From Angustibacter luteus (GTDB lineage: Bacteria > Actinomycetota > Actinomycetes > Actinomycetales > Angustibacteraceae), in the NCBI RefSeq assembly GCF_039541115.1, contig NZ_BAABFP010000008.1:310001-374000 (forward strand): a DNA stretch of 64,000 nt. Reading direction: 5' to 3'. The first letter of the stretch is position 1; every line of letters begins with the position of its first letter. The position numbers were made by a program, and so were the translations under genes. The notes under the pieces were generated by a model. The model worked only from the letters and a program-made list of their open reading frames with translations, did not search any database and had not been told where the DNA came from. Of the stretch, positions 28,870-38,657 are shown piece after piece.

Positions 28870-30408
28870 TTACCCTCCGCTCGGCGAGTCGCTTCCGGAC
28901 GGCGACGGGGAGGTGGGTGACGGGGTCGGCGTGGGGGTCGGCGGGTTCACCTCGTCGCGCGGGACGAGGGTGCGGTCGATGCTCACGGAGGTGAGGCCGA
29001 GCCCACCGACCGTGACCGCGTCGTACGCCAGCAGGCGCCCGGCGTCCGGCCCCGACTTGGCGAAGTAGAGGAGCGTCGCCTCGAGCGGCACCGGGTCGCC
29101 CTCGCTGAGCCGGCGGAGCCCGTCGGCGGTCAGGCCGGCGCCGCCGGTGGAGCCCTCGACCATGGTGCGGGTGCCGTCGGCGTACGTGACGTCCCGCTTG
29201 TGCATGTGCCCGGACAAGATGAGCGGCACCTTGCCGCGCAGCGCGTCCAACCGGGTCGGGTCGTGCACCACGGCGACCTGCACGGGCTCGTCCGGGTGCG
29301 CGGCGTCGTAGCCGTCGACGACGCCCGCCAGCCGCTGCACGGACGCCGCGACCTCGTCCTTGCCGACGTCGTCCTTGCTGCCTTCGGCGGGCAGGTCCCG
29401 CGGGTCGGCGACGCCCGCGATGCGCAGCCCGAGCAGGCTGGTGACGTCGCCGTCGAGCACGGTCGCGTTCTTCTGCCGGGCCACGGCGTCCGCGATGGTC
29501 TGGCTGTCGTGGTTGCCGCGGACGAACACGTACGGCACCTTCAGCGAGCCGACCCGGTTCACGAAGCCCTCCTCCATCGGCGTCCCCCAGGTGCTCAGGT
29601 CGCCCGAGTCGACCACCAGCTCGACACCGAACTGGTCCACCAAGCGGTCGGCGAGGTCGAAGCCGATGGGGTTCAGGTGCAGGTCGCTGATGTGCAGCAC
29701 GGTCGTCACGTCGCCGCTGAGCCCGCCGCCGGGTCGGGGCAGCTGCTGGCCGACCGCGTACAGGGTCGTCACCGACTGCACGAAGTCGGACAGGCCCGAC
29801 CGGTAGGACTCCAGCCGCTCGGCCAGGGTCGACGTCCGCCGCTGCACGTACGGCGCGCTGCTGAGCAGGCCGGTGAACCGGGGCTGGGCGAGCTGCGCGC
29901 TGTCGAACGTGAGCGCCGTCGCGGCGGCCAGCACCGCCGTGGCGCCGGTGACCACCGCCATGCCGAGCGCGACCCCCCGCCGGCTGCGGGTGGCCAGGTA
30001 GCTGAGCAGCGCGGCGCCGGCGAAACCGAACAGGAGCGACCAGCCGAGTGCGCGAGCGGCGGCCCAGCGGACGTCGTCCGGTGCCTGCTCGGTCAGCTTC
30101 GTCAGCCGGGCCGGGTTGTCGATCAGCGCGCGGGCCTGGTCGAGGTCCACCGCGCGGATGGACGCCTGGACCTGCAGCGGCGTCGAGTGGGTGGGGAACT
30201 GCACGGAGCCCACCGGGGGCAGGTCCACGGTGGCGCCGGGGGTCAGGCTGGGCCGGACGTGGACGTCGACGGTCAGCGGGCCGATCTGGGCATGCGCGGC
30301 GGGGGCGACCGCGGCGCCGACCAGGAAGCCGAACAGCGCGAGCAGGCCGATGCCGACCCGGCGCGCGACGCGTCGTCCCTGCGGGGAGGTGATGGGGCGA
30401 ATCTGCAT
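28870..30408 (-). CDS. Membrane-anchored calcineurin-like metallophosphoesterase
   Basis: N-terminal TM segments; HISDLH, DSGD, RGNHD, VHDP, SGHMH motifs. Confidence 0.9.
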   Translation of the reverse strand: MQIRPITSPQGRRVARRVGIGLLALFGFLVGAAVAPAAHAQIGPLTVDVHVRPSLTPGATVDLPPVGSVQFPTHSTPLQVQASIRAVDLDQARALIDNPARLTKLTEQAPDDVRWAAARALGWSLLFGFAGAALLSYLATRSRRGVALGMAVVTGATAVLAAATALTFDSAQLAQPRFTGLLSSAPYVQRRTSTLAERLESYRSGLSDFVQSVTTLYAVGQQLPRPGGGLSGDVTTVLHISDLHLNPIGFDLADRLVDQFGVELVVDSGDLSTWGTPMEEGFVNRVGSLKVPYVFVRGNHDSQTIADAVARQKNATVLDGDVTSLLGLRIAGVADPRDLPAEGSKDDVGKDEVAASVQRLAGVVDGYDAAHPDEPVQVAVVHDPTRLDALRGKVPLILSGHMHKRDVTYADGTRTMVEGSTGGAGLTADGLRRLSEGDPVPLEATLLYFAKSGPDAGRLLAYDAVTVGGLGLTSVSIDRTLVPRDEVNPPTPTPTPSPTSPSPSGSDSPSGG

Positions 30409-30494
30409 GATCACCTCACTCTGGCGTGATCAGGGCGCGATCGCACGATGGAGACCGGCGGAGACCGGTGGGGCGGATGGTGACTTCTGGGGTT

Positions 30495-30610
30495 TGGGGT
30501 GGGCGTCGGGCTGGGAGCGCCTCACGGCGCGCGGCCGCTCGTAGCGGCTTCAGTTGGGACCCGGGGCTACCGCAGCCCGACGCCCGGGCATCCCCGAGGG
30601 GACACCACGA
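30495..30610 (-). ncRNA. Candidate structured RNA (sRNA or 5' leader)
   Basis: Perfect 13-bp closing stem 30501-30513/30573-30585 enclosing hairpins gccgc-tacga-gcggc and gcgcc-gtga-ggcgc (GNRA on the minus strand); promoter-like motif just upstream. Confidence 0.55.
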
Positions 30611-30618
30611 GTGTGCAC

Positions 30619-30644
30619 AACCAACGGGGGTTCGCGCATGTTCC
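30619..30644 (-). promoter_or_regulatory. SigR/SigH-type ECF promoter
   Basis: Minus strand GGAAC-N18-GTTG. Confidence 0.6.
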
Positions 30645-30670
30645 CGGGCCAACATTTACCTGCCCGACAC

Positions 30671-30744
30671 CGCACGATTCGCGCTTGACGTGCTCAAACG
30701 GCCCTCAAAACCACAGCAAGCGCGAATGGTGCGTGATCGCGGCG
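30671..30744. repeat. Inverted repeat (16/17) with REP-like GATCACGCAC end
   Basis: cgcacgattcgcgcttg (30671-30687) / caagcgcgaatggtgcg (30717-30733); separated from the upstream stop by a G/C tract at about 30745-30777. Confidence 0.7.
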
Positions 30745-30777
30745 AGAGGGGGTGGGGGCGGGGAGGGGGTGGGGTGG

Positions 30778-31410
30778 TCAGGTGAGGTCGGCGGCCCGCC
30801 AGGCGTGCGCCGCGGCCTCCAGGTCAGCCGCGGTCGACAGCAGGGACGCCGCGCGCCGGGTGAGCTGGACGGACTCGTCGTGGTCGGCCAGGTCGTCGGC
30901 CCGGACGGCGCGGCCGGCCGACACGACCCGGCAGAACGCCGCGGCCCGCTCGAGGGCGACGTCCAGGTCGCCCGAGTACACGCCGGTGAGCACGGCGTCG
31001 GCGAGGGTGCGGACCTCGTCGGGGCCGGGCGGCTCGGCGACCCCGGCGACGACGTCCGCGACCGGGGCGAGCGCGCGCCCGGCCTGGTAGTCCGCGGCGG
31101 CCCCGACGCCGTCCCGGCGCACCCACTCGCGCACGACGTACAGCCGCCACAACGCCCCGGGCAGGGAGCGCGCGGGGCGTTCGGACCACAGGTCCGCGAT
31201 CGTGTCCAGGCCGTGGTCGTCGACCAGCCGGACCAGCCGCGCGGTCAGCTCGGGGTCGTCGGCGCTGCGGCCGGCCTCGACGATGGCCCAGGCCGTCGCG
31301 TGCGCCGCCTCGGCCGCGGCCGCGGGGTCGGTACCGGCTTCGAACGTGTCCAGGGCGTGCGGCCCGAACATGGCGGGTCGGCGGGGTCGGTGCGGGGGCG
31401 TGCTGCTCAC
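30778..31410 (-). CDS. Conserved actinobacterial hypothetical protein
   Basis: HRPRRP N-terminus, GLD.IADLWS..PARSLPGALWRLY, AL.RAAAFCRV; start at GTG 31410. Confidence 0.75.
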   Translation of the reverse strand: MSSTPPHRPRRPAMFGPHALDTFEAGTDPAAAAEAAHATAWAIVEAGRSADDPELTARLVRLVDDHGLDTIADLWSERPARSLPGALWRLYVVREWVRRDGVGAAADYQAGRALAPVADVVAGVAEPPGPDEVRTLADAVLTGVYSGDLDVALERAAAFCRVVSAGRAVRADDLADHDESVQLTRRAASLLSTAADLEAAAHAWRAADLT

Positions 31411-31500
31411 CGGGCCAGTCTCGCACCGGGCACCCGACGCGGCCCGCCATCCGGGTGCCGCGCCAGCCCGTTCCCGGGTGCACGACGTACGCTGTGCGCC

Positions 31501-33297
31501 GTGACCGACACCACATCGACAGCGCCGTCGCCGAAGGACCTCGTCGAGGTCCTCCACGAAACCGTCAGCCGCGACCCGCAGCGGGTCCTGTTCGGACGAC
31601 GGGACGACGAGGGGTGGCGGGACGTCAGCGCCAAGGAGTTCCAGGACGACGTCACCGCGCTCGCGAAGGGCTTCGTGGCCGCCGGGGTCGGCGTCGGCGA
31701 CCGGGTCGGGATCATGTCCAAGACGCGCTACGAGTGGACGCTGTGCGACTTCGCGCTGTGGTCCATCGCGGCGATCCCGGTGCCGATCTACGAGACGTCC
31801 TCCGTCGACCAGGTCGCGTGGATCCTGTCCGACGCGCAGGCCGTGGCGTGCGTGGTCGAGACCAAGGCGCACAGCTGGCGGCTGTCGGTCGTCCGCGACC
31901 GGGCACCCGGCGTCAAGCACATCTGGCAGATCGACAAGAGCGACGAGGTGCCCGGCCTGGAGCAGCTGGTGGCGGCCGGCCGTGAGGTGTCCGACGAGGA
32001 GCTCGCGACCCGCCAGTCGGCGTTGTCCCGCAACGTGATCGCCACCCTGATCTACACGTCCGGCACGACCGGGCGCCCCAAGGGCTGCATGCTCACCCAC
32101 GGCAACTTCATCGCCGAGTGCTCCAGCGCGCTCGAGACGCTGCCGGAGCTGTTCGACCGCGATGACGCGTCGACGCTGCTGTTCCTGCCGCTGGCGCACG
32201 TGTTCGGCCGGATGATCCAGGTGGCCGTGGTGATGAAGGGCGTCAAGCTCTCGCACAGCGACCCGGCCCGGCTGGTGAAGGACCTCGCGGTCGTGCAGCC
32301 CACCTTCGTGCTGTCCGTGCCGCAGGTCTTCGAGAAGGTCTTCGAGACGGCCCGCCGCAAGGCGACGGCGGACGGGCGGGGCGGCATCTTCGACAAGGCC
32401 GCGGCCACCGCGATCGCGTACAGCGAGGCGCACGAGCACGGCAAGCCGAGCGCGATGCTGTCGATGCGGCACGCGGTGTTCGACAAGCTCGTCTACGCCA
32501 AGCTGCGGGCCGCGCTGGGCGGCAACGCGGACCTGGCCATCTCTGGCGGCGCCCCCTTGGGCGCGCGGCTGGCGCACTTCTACCGCGGCATCGGAGTCAC
32601 CGTGCTGGAGGGCTACGGCCTGACCGAGACGACGGCCGCCGCGACGGTGAACACCGCGACCGCGCAGCGGATCGGCACGGTCGGCAGGCCGCTGACCGGC
32701 TTCGAGGTGCGGCTCGGGGACGACGGCGAGGTGCAGCTGCGCGGCGGCCACGTGTTCGGGGGCTACTGGCGCAACGACGAGGCCACCCGCGCGGTGCTGG
32801 ACGCCGACGGCTGGTTCCACACCGGCGACCTGGGCAGCCTGGACGCCGACGGCTACCTGACCATCACGGGACGGCTCAAGGAGATCATCGTGACCGCCGG
32901 CGGCAAGAACGTCGCGCCCGCGGCGCTCGAGGACGTCGTCCGGGCCCACCCCATCGTCGGCCAGGCCATGGTCGTCGGGGACCAGCGCAACTTCGTGGCC
33001 GCGCTCATCACCCTGGACCAGGAGTCCCTCGACCAGTGGTTGCAGGACCAGGGTCGCCCGCCCCAGCCCGTCGCCGAGGTCGCGCACGACGAGCAGGTCC
33101 GGGCCGCCGTCCAGACCGCCGTGGACGACGCGAACGCCACGGTGTCCAGCGCCGAGCAGATCCGCCGGTTCCAGATCCTGACGACCGCGTGGACCGAGGA
33201 ATCGGGGCACCTGACGCCGACGATGAAGCTCAAGCGCAACAAGGTCATGGAGGACTTCGCGCGCGACGTGGAGTCGCTGTACTCCTCGCGGGTCTGA
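31501..33297 (+). CDS. Long-chain acyl-CoA synthetase (FadD15-like)
   Basis: YTSGTTGRPKG, LPLAHVF, EGYGLTET, GWFHTGDLG, AGGKNVAP, TPTMKLKR; start at GTG 31501. Confidence 0.95.
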   Translation: MTDTTSTAPSPKDLVEVLHETVSRDPQRVLFGRRDDEGWRDVSAKEFQDDVTALAKGFVAAGVGVGDRVGIMSKTRYEWTLCDFALWSIAAIPVPIYETSSVDQVAWILSDAQAVACVVETKAHSWRLSVVRDRAPGVKHIWQIDKSDEVPGLEQLVAAGREVSDEELATRQSALSRNVIATLIYTSGTTGRPKGCMLTHGNFIAECSSALETLPELFDRDDASTLLFLPLAHVFGRMIQVAVVMKGVKLSHSDPARLVKDLAVVQPTFVLSVPQVFEKVFETARRKATADGRGGIFDKAAATAIAYSEAHEHGKPSAMLSMRHAVFDKLVYAKLRAALGGNADLAISGGAPLGARLAHFYRGIGVTVLEGYGLTETTAAATVNTATAQRIGTVGRPLTGFEVRLGDDGEVQLRGGHVFGGYWRNDEATRAVLDADGWFHTGDLGSLDADGYLTITGRLKEIIVTAGGKNVAPAALEDVVRAHPIVGQAMVVGDQRNFVAALITLDQESLDQWLQDQGRPPQPVAEVAHDEQVRAAVQTAVDDANATVSSAEQIRRFQILTTAWTEESGHLTPTMKLKRNKVMEDFARDVESLYSSRV

Positions 33298-33307
33298 AGG
33301 GGGCGAC

Positions 33308-33664
33308 GTGCTGCGCGTGGTGCTGTACCTGGTCCAGCTGTCCCTGCTCGTGTACTGCCTGATCGACTGCATCCAGTCGGACACCAAGCGGGTGCGCAAC
33401 CTGCCGAAGATCGCCTGGATCATCCTGATCGTGCTGATCCCGCTGGCTGGTCCGATCGCCTGGCTGATCGCGGGCCGACCGGCCCGGGACGGCGGCGCCC
33501 CGCCGTGGCGACCCGGCACCACCGGCGGCCCGACCCGGCCCAGCAGCGCCCCACGCGGCCCGGACGACGACCCCGACTTCCTGCGGCGGCTGAACCCCCG
33601 CCCGCCGGCTGAGCCGGGCGACCCCAGCGACTCGGACCCACCCGCGCCGGACCAGCGCTCCTGA
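33308..33664 (+). CDS. PLDc N-terminal domain membrane protein
   Basis: YCLIDC, VRNLPK.AW, GPIAW, GPDDDPDFL. Confidence 0.85.
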   Translation: MLRVVLYLVQLSLLVYCLIDCIQSDTKRVRNLPKIAWIILIVLIPLAGPIAWLIAGRPARDGGAPPWRPGTTGGPTRPSSAPRGPDDDPDFLRRLNPRPPAEPGDPSDSDPPAPDQRS

Positions 33665-33679
33665 CGTAGCGTTCGAGGC

Positions 33680-34963
33680 GTGAGCGCGCCGTCCGTCCCC
33701 CGGTGGCGGCGGCTGGTGGTGGACACGGCGCCGCTGCGCCATCCGGCGTACCGCAGGCTGTGGCTGTCGACCGTCGTGACCACGGTCGGCGCGCAGCTCA
33801 CCGCGGTCGCGGTGCCGAAGCAGATCTTCGACGACACCGGCTCGTCGGCGTGGGTGGGGCTGAGCGGGCTGGTCGCGTTGGTGCCACTGGCCTTCTTCGC
33901 CCTGTGGGGCGGGTCCATCGCGGACGCCGTGGACCGACGCAAGATGCTGCTGCTGACCAATGCGGGCATCGCGGCGACCTCGTTCGCGCTGTTCGCCCAG
34001 TCGGCGCTGCACAACACCCAGGTCTGGCTGGTGCTGGTGCTGCTGGCCGTGCAGCAGGCGTGCTTCGGGCTGAACAGCCCGGCGCGCGGCGCGGCGATCC
34101 CGCGGCTGGTGCCGGCCGGCGAGCTGGCGGCCGCGAACGCGTTGAGTGCCACCGTGTTCGGGCTCGGCGCGGTGCTCGGACCGTTGCTGGCCGGAGCGCT
34201 GATCCCGGTGCTCGGGCTGTCCTGGCTGTACCTGATCGACAGCGTCGCGCTGCTGGCTGCGCTGTACGCCGTGTTCCGGCTGCCGGCGATGCCGCCGACG
34301 CCGCGCGAGGACGGCCAGCGGGCCACCACCGGGCTCAGCTCGGTCATCGAGGGGCTGCGGTACATCTCGCTGCACGCCGTCCTGCTGGTCTCGTTCCTGG
34401 TCGACATCATCGCGATGGTCTTCGGGATGCCGCGGGCGCTGTTCCCCGAGCTCGCGGAGCGGACGTTCGGCGACCCGCCGGGCGGGGGGATCGCCCTCGG
34501 CGTGCTGTACGCCGCGATCCCGGCCGGGGCGTTCGCCGCCGGGTTGTTCTCCGGGTCGTTCACCCGGATCCGCCGGCACGGGCAGGCCACGGCGATCGCC
34601 GTGATGGCCTGGGGGGCGGCGATCGCCGCGTTCGGGCTGTCCGGGAACCTGTGGGTGGCCGCGACCTTCCTCGCGCTGGCCGGCGCCGCGGACCTGGTGA
34701 GCATGGTGTTCCGCGGCGCGATCCTGCAGACCGCGGCGACGGACGAGATGCGCGGCCGGATGCAGGGCGTGTTCTTCCTCGTGGTGGCGGGCGGCCCGCG
34801 GCTGGCGGACCTGCTGCACGGCACGGTCGGCGACCTGGTCGGGACGGCGCGCACGATCGTGGCCGGTGGGTTGTTGGTGATCGTCCTCACCGTGCTGGTG
34901 GTGCTGCGGTTCCCCACGTTCTGGCGCTACCGGCTCGGCGCCGAGCCACCCGCGGTCGACTGA
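33680..34963 (+). CDS. MFS transporter (EntS-like)
   Basis: About 12 TM; DTAPLR...RRLW, ADAVDRR, FGMPRALFP, MRGRMQG. Confidence 0.92.
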   Translation: MSAPSVPRWRRLVVDTAPLRHPAYRRLWLSTVVTTVGAQLTAVAVPKQIFDDTGSSAWVGLSGLVALVPLAFFALWGGSIADAVDRRKMLLLTNAGIAATSFALFAQSALHNTQVWLVLVLLAVQQACFGLNSPARGAAIPRLVPAGELAAANALSATVFGLGAVLGPLLAGALIPVLGLSWLYLIDSVALLAALYAVFRLPAMPPTPREDGQRATTGLSSVIEGLRYISLHAVLLVSFLVDIIAMVFGMPRALFPELAERTFGDPPGGGIALGVLYAAIPAGAFAAGLFSGSFTRIRRHGQATAIAVMAWGAAIAAFGLSGNLWVAATFLALAGAADLVSMVFRGAILQTAATDEMRGRMQGVFFLVVAGGPRLADLLHGTVGDLVGTARTIVAGGLLVIVLTVLVVLRFPTFWRYRLGAEPPAVD

Positions 34964-35355
34964 GCCTCGGCGACGGCCGCGAGCCGGCTCATCGACCGCT
35001 CGGCGTACCCGCGCTGGTCCTCCAGGCGGTGCGCCTCCTGCTCGGGAATGGTCACCTCCAGCGCGACCCTCGTCCGCTCCGTGGGGAGCTCCTCGAGCTG
35101 CCAGGAGAACTCCAGGAACGAGACCAGGCACGAGATGGTGACCCGGCGGTCGGCGTGGTCGGTGCGCAACCGTTGCGGCATGGGGAAATCGGGGTAGTCC
35201 GCCAGCCAGTAGGTGAAGTCGTCGCCTGCGCCGTCCCCCGTCCGCACGGTCTGCATGCCGAAGAACCACTCGGGGAACCGGGTGGGGTCGTAGAGCAGCT
35301 TCCAGACGTCCTCGAGCGGGGCGTCCACGTCGACGGTCAGGGCGAACTCGGGCAT
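34927..35355 (-). CDS. SRPBCC/START family protein
   Basis: VDAPLEDVWKLL.DP.RFPEW; start at ATG 35355, overlapping the upstream stop. Confidence 0.8.
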   Translation of the reverse strand: MPEFALTVDVDAPLEDVWKLLYDPTRFPEWFFGMQTVRTGDGAGDDFTYWLADYPDFPMPQRLRTDHADRRVTISCLVSFLEFSWQLEELPTERTRVALEVTIPEQEAHRLEDQRGYAERSMSRLAAVAEAQSTAGGSAPSR

Positions 35356-38300
35356 CAGGTCATCTCCGCCGCTGCGGCCCGCGGCGCGCCGGCCAGCTCG
35401 ACCAGCTCGTCCTGCACCCGGCGCAGCTCCCACGTCGGGTCGACGAGTCCGACGACCGGCGGGCGGCCGAGGTCGACAAGGGCACCGAAGAACGCCTCCG
35501 GGACGTCGTCCGAGGGCCGGCGCAGGCGCTCCCAGCCGTCAGCGGCCTCCTTCAGCCGGCGACGCGCCAGGTCCTGGTCGCCACGGGCCAGCGCGATCAG
35601 CCCCTGCACCCGGGCCACGCGGGGCACCAGGGACCAGGGCTGGTCGGCGCGAGCGGTGGGCTCGGTCAGCGCGGCGCGCAGCTCGGTGCGCGCCTCGTCC
35701 GGGCGGTCGTCGCGGGCCAGCGCCTCGGCGCGGGCCAACCGGGCCGCCGGGCGGCTGACCTCGGCCCCGGCGTCCAGCGCTCGCTGCAGCAGGTCCGCGG
35801 CCGGCCCGAACCGGCCTCCCGCGAGCGCCACCAGCCCTTCGTCGTGCCAGGTCATCGCGCGGTAGTGGACGACGTCCAACCGCTCCACCGCGGCTTCGAG
35901 CTGCTCGACGACGGCAGCGGCCTCGGCGTGCCGGCCGAGCCGGGCCAGCAGGTGCGCCTTGCCCGACAGGCACGGGATGAGCAGGACGGGCAGGGCGGCC
36001 GTGGCCTCGACGGCTCGCTCGATGAGCTCCAGTGCGCCGTCGAAGTCACCCGCGCAGGCGGCGGCGCAGGAGGCGTTGCCCCACAGCGCCCAGGCGCGGC
36101 CGGGTAGCCGGGCGAGCATGGCGGCCGAGCCGGCGCGGCGGGCGACGTCCGCGCACTCGGCGAACCGGCCTTCGCGGACCAGGCCCAGCAGCCGGATCTC
36201 CTCGATGTCACTGACCACCAGCGGGTCGCGGTCCGGGCTCGCGGGGTCGTCGACGCCGGCCAGGGCGAGCAGCTCGGAGACCTGCGTGGGATCGCCGGCG
36301 ACCGCATGACCCCAGGCCAGCCCGAGCAGCATCTCCTTGCGGCTCAACGGGTTCGACGCGATGTCCACCAGCTCGCCGGCGTGCCGGTAGGCCTCGAGCG
36401 AGGCCGGCGGGTCGCAGGACACCGAGCGCATCAACCGGCCGCGGCGGCAGTAGGCGTCCGCCAGCTCCTCGGCGGGCAGCAGGGTGAGCGCGGTGTCGAA
36501 GGCCTCGTCCATCAGGTCCCGGCGCACGGACCAGCACCAGACCTCGTGCAGCTCCAACCACCAGGACCCGTTCCCCGGGTCCAGGTCGACCGCGCGGCGA
36601 AGCAGCTCGGCGGCCTCGGCCAGGGCGCCGACCGCCCGCGCGGCGATCCCGGCAGCGCCCCAGTGCCCGGCCGCCTCGGCCTCTCGGCCGGCCGACTCCA
36701 GGTGGTACGCGAGCTCGGTGTGGTCCTCGGGGTCGATCGCCGCGGCGACCTGGTCGTGCCGCCACGAACCGTCATCGGGTCCGGCGGCGACGTGCGCGGC
36801 CTCCTGGAGCAGCGCGTGCCGGTACCCGAGCCGGGCGTGGCGCCAGGCCAGCAGGCCGACCTCGAGCGCGGCGGCCTCGCCGGTCGGCAGGTCCTCGATG
36901 CCGAGCCGGTCCACCTCGGGCCGGGACAGCGGCCGCCGGCACACGGCCAGCAGCTCGGCCAGGCTCCGGCCGGACGGTGGCAGCGCCCCGGTCATCGCGC
37001 GCACGGCCGTGCGCAGGTTGGGTGGGGGGCCACTGCCGCCGGCGGCCAGCGCGCGGGCCGACTCGATGGCCAGCAGCGGGTTGCCCTCGGCGGCCGCGAC
37101 GACCCGTCGGGCATCGTCGTCGCCGAGCGGTCCCACCGCCCGGGCCATGGCCGCCACGTCGCGGTCGTCGACCGGACCCAGCTCGATCTCGGTCACCGGC
37201 ACGCCGCGGCCGACGAGGTCGGCCAGCAGGGCGTCGAGGTCGGTCCGGACGGGGCGGTCGCGTCGGGTGAGCACCAGCAGCACCGGCAACCGGGTGATCC
37301 GGCGTCCGACGTGCGCGGTCAGGCTCAGGCTGGCCAGGTCCGCCCGTTGCGCGTCGTCCAGCGCGAGCAGCACGGGCCGGGTGGAGCAGGACCACTCCAC
37401 GAGCCGGAGCACCGCCTCGAAGATCCGCAGCCGCTCGATCTCGGGTGCGGCCAGCGCGGCAGGCGGCTCGCGGTGGCCCAGCCGGCCGCCCAGCTCGCGG
37501 GAGAGCCGGTTGAGGTCCGCCGGCCAGGACGCCGTGGGCGGCGGGGTGGGGACCACGCCGACCAGGGCGCGGGCCAGCTCCAGCCAGGCCGCGAAGGGTG
37601 TCTGGCCACCCACGTCGATCCCGGCGCCGACCGCGGCCAGGCCCCCGCGGGCGCCCACCCGGCTCGCCACCTCGCTCACCAGGGTGGTCTTGCCGATCCC
37701 GGCCTCGCCGGACAGGACGACGACCTGTCCTCGCCCGTGGGCCGCCGCGGCCCAGACGGACGCCAGTGCGGCCAGCTCCGTCGAGCGTCCGAAGACCGTG
37801 GTGCCGGTGGTGGTGGCCGCCGCGGCGACCAGCTGGGACTGGACGGCGCGGGTGGCGGGCGAGGGAAGCACGCCAAGCTCGCGGTGCAGCCGTTCGCCGA
37901 ACTCGCGGGCGGCGAGCAGCGCGGCCGGTCGCTCCCCCGCCAGGTCCAGCAGGCGCAGCAGGTCGCGGTGGGCGGCCTCGTCCAGCGGTGCGGTGGCGCA
38001 GCGGAACCTGGCCCACTGCAACGCTTGTGGCCAGTCCTCGGCCCGCTCGGCGGCCGCCAGCCGGCGGTGGGCCAGGGCGTGGGTCGCTGCGCGGTGCTCG
38101 TCGCGAGCGGTGCGGGCCCACTCGTCGTCCACGCCGGGCAGCAGCTCACCGGACAGCCACTCGCCGGACGTCAGCCCGCTCTCGTCGTCCAGGCCGTCCA
38201 GGGCGTCCACCCACAGGCCGGGGCGGCGCAGCCCGATCGTCGTCCGGGAGCCCTCGACGACGTCGTCCGTCACCTCGCCCCACGAGCGCCGCAGCGCCCA

Positions 38301-38501
38301 CACGGCCGTGCGCAGACTGGCTCGCGCGCTGGCCTCCGGGACGTCCGGCCACAGCTGCGCGGCGACCTGCGAGCGGGGGTGCGCCCCGGGGTGCAGGGCG
38401 AGCCAGCCGACCAGCGCCCGGGCGCGCTCGCTGGTCGGCAGGTCCAGGGCCGCACCGTCGAGCTCGACGGCGACGCGGCCCACCAGCCACACCCGCAGCA
38501 T
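35355..38501 (-). CDS. SARP-type regulator: wHTH-BTAD + AAA ATPase + TPR
   Basis: LWPD...ARASLR, PLDEAAHR BTAD, GR..EL, GEAGIGKT Walker A, LDDAQ Walker B, GNPL; start at ATG 38501. Confidence 0.9.
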   Translation of the reverse strand: MLRVWLVGRVAVELDGAALDLPTSERARALVGWLALHPGAHPRSQVAAQLWPDVPEASARASLRTAVWALRRSWGEVTDDVVEGSRTTIGLRRPGLWVDALDGLDDESGLTSGEWLSGELLPGVDDEWARTARDEHRAATHALAHRRLAAAERAEDWPQALQWARFRCATAPLDEAAHRDLLRLLDLAGERPAALLAAREFGERLHRELGVLPSPATRAVQSQLVAAAATTTGTTVFGRSTELAALASVWAAAAHGRGQVVVLSGEAGIGKTTLVSEVASRVGARGGLAAVGAGIDVGGQTPFAAWLELARALVGVVPTPPPTASWPADLNRLSRELGGRLGHREPPAALAAPEIERLRIFEAVLRLVEWSCSTRPVLLALDDAQRADLASLSLTAHVGRRITRLPVLLVLTRRDRPVRTDLDALLADLVGRGVPVTEIELGPVDDRDVAAMARAVGPLGDDDARRVVAAAEGNPLLAIESARALAAGGSGPPPNLRTAVRAMTGALPPSGRSLAELLAVCRRPLSRPEVDRLGIEDLPTGEAAALEVGLLAWRHARLGYRHALLQEAAHVAAGPDDGSWRHDQVAAAIDPEDHTELAYHLESAGREAEAAGHWGAAGIAARAVGALAEAAELLRRAVDLDPGNGSWWLELHEVWCWSVRRDLMDEAFDTALTLLPAEELADAYCRRGRLMRSVSCDPPASLEAYRHAGELVDIASNPLSRKEMLLGLAWGHAVAGDPTQVSELLALAGVDDPASPDRDPLVVSDIEEIRLLGLVREGRFAECADVARRAGSAAMLARLPGRAWALWGNASCAAACAGDFDGALELIERAVEATAALPVLLIPCLSGKAHLLARLGRHAEAAAVVEQLEAAVERLDVVHYRAMTWHDEGLVALAGGRFGPAADLLQRALDAGAEVSRPAARLARAEALARDDRPDEARTELRAALTEPTARADQPWSLVPRVARVQGLIALARGDQDLARRRLKEAADGWERLRRPSDDVPEAFFGALVDLGRPPVVGLVDPTWELRRVQDELVELAGAPRAAAAEMT

Positions 38502-38552
38502 CTCGTCAGGGTAGCCCCGGAGGAGGCCGGTCGACCGGGCCTCGGCTGACGT

Positions 38553-38579
38553 TGACGATGCGCTGACGATGGCTCGACG
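38553..38579. promoter_or_regulatory. 11-nt-spaced direct repeats, candidate SARP binding site
   Basis: tgacgatg at 38553 and 38564, cgacg at 38575, in the divergent promoter region. Confidence 0.55.
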
Positions 38580-38657
38580 CACGGGGCGCGAACGTGGTCC
38601 CACCGACCCAGCAGAGCGACCTGCAGCTTGACTGCAGCCCGTCCCGGAGGTGGACCG

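Noticed and set aside
30495..30610. tRNA, hammerhead/HDV ribozyme or known riboswitch
   Set aside because: No T-loop or anticodon arm, no CUGANGA/GAAA core, and no aptamer consensus I can recognise.
30778..31410. Labelling this gene as RNA polymerase beta subunit, as I recall similar proteins being named
   Set aside because: About 210 aa with no RpoB motifs.
30778..34917. 1379-aa minus-strand ORF
   Set aside because: Only the last ~210 codons look like a protein; the rest is antisense to the ligase, PLDc and MFS genes.
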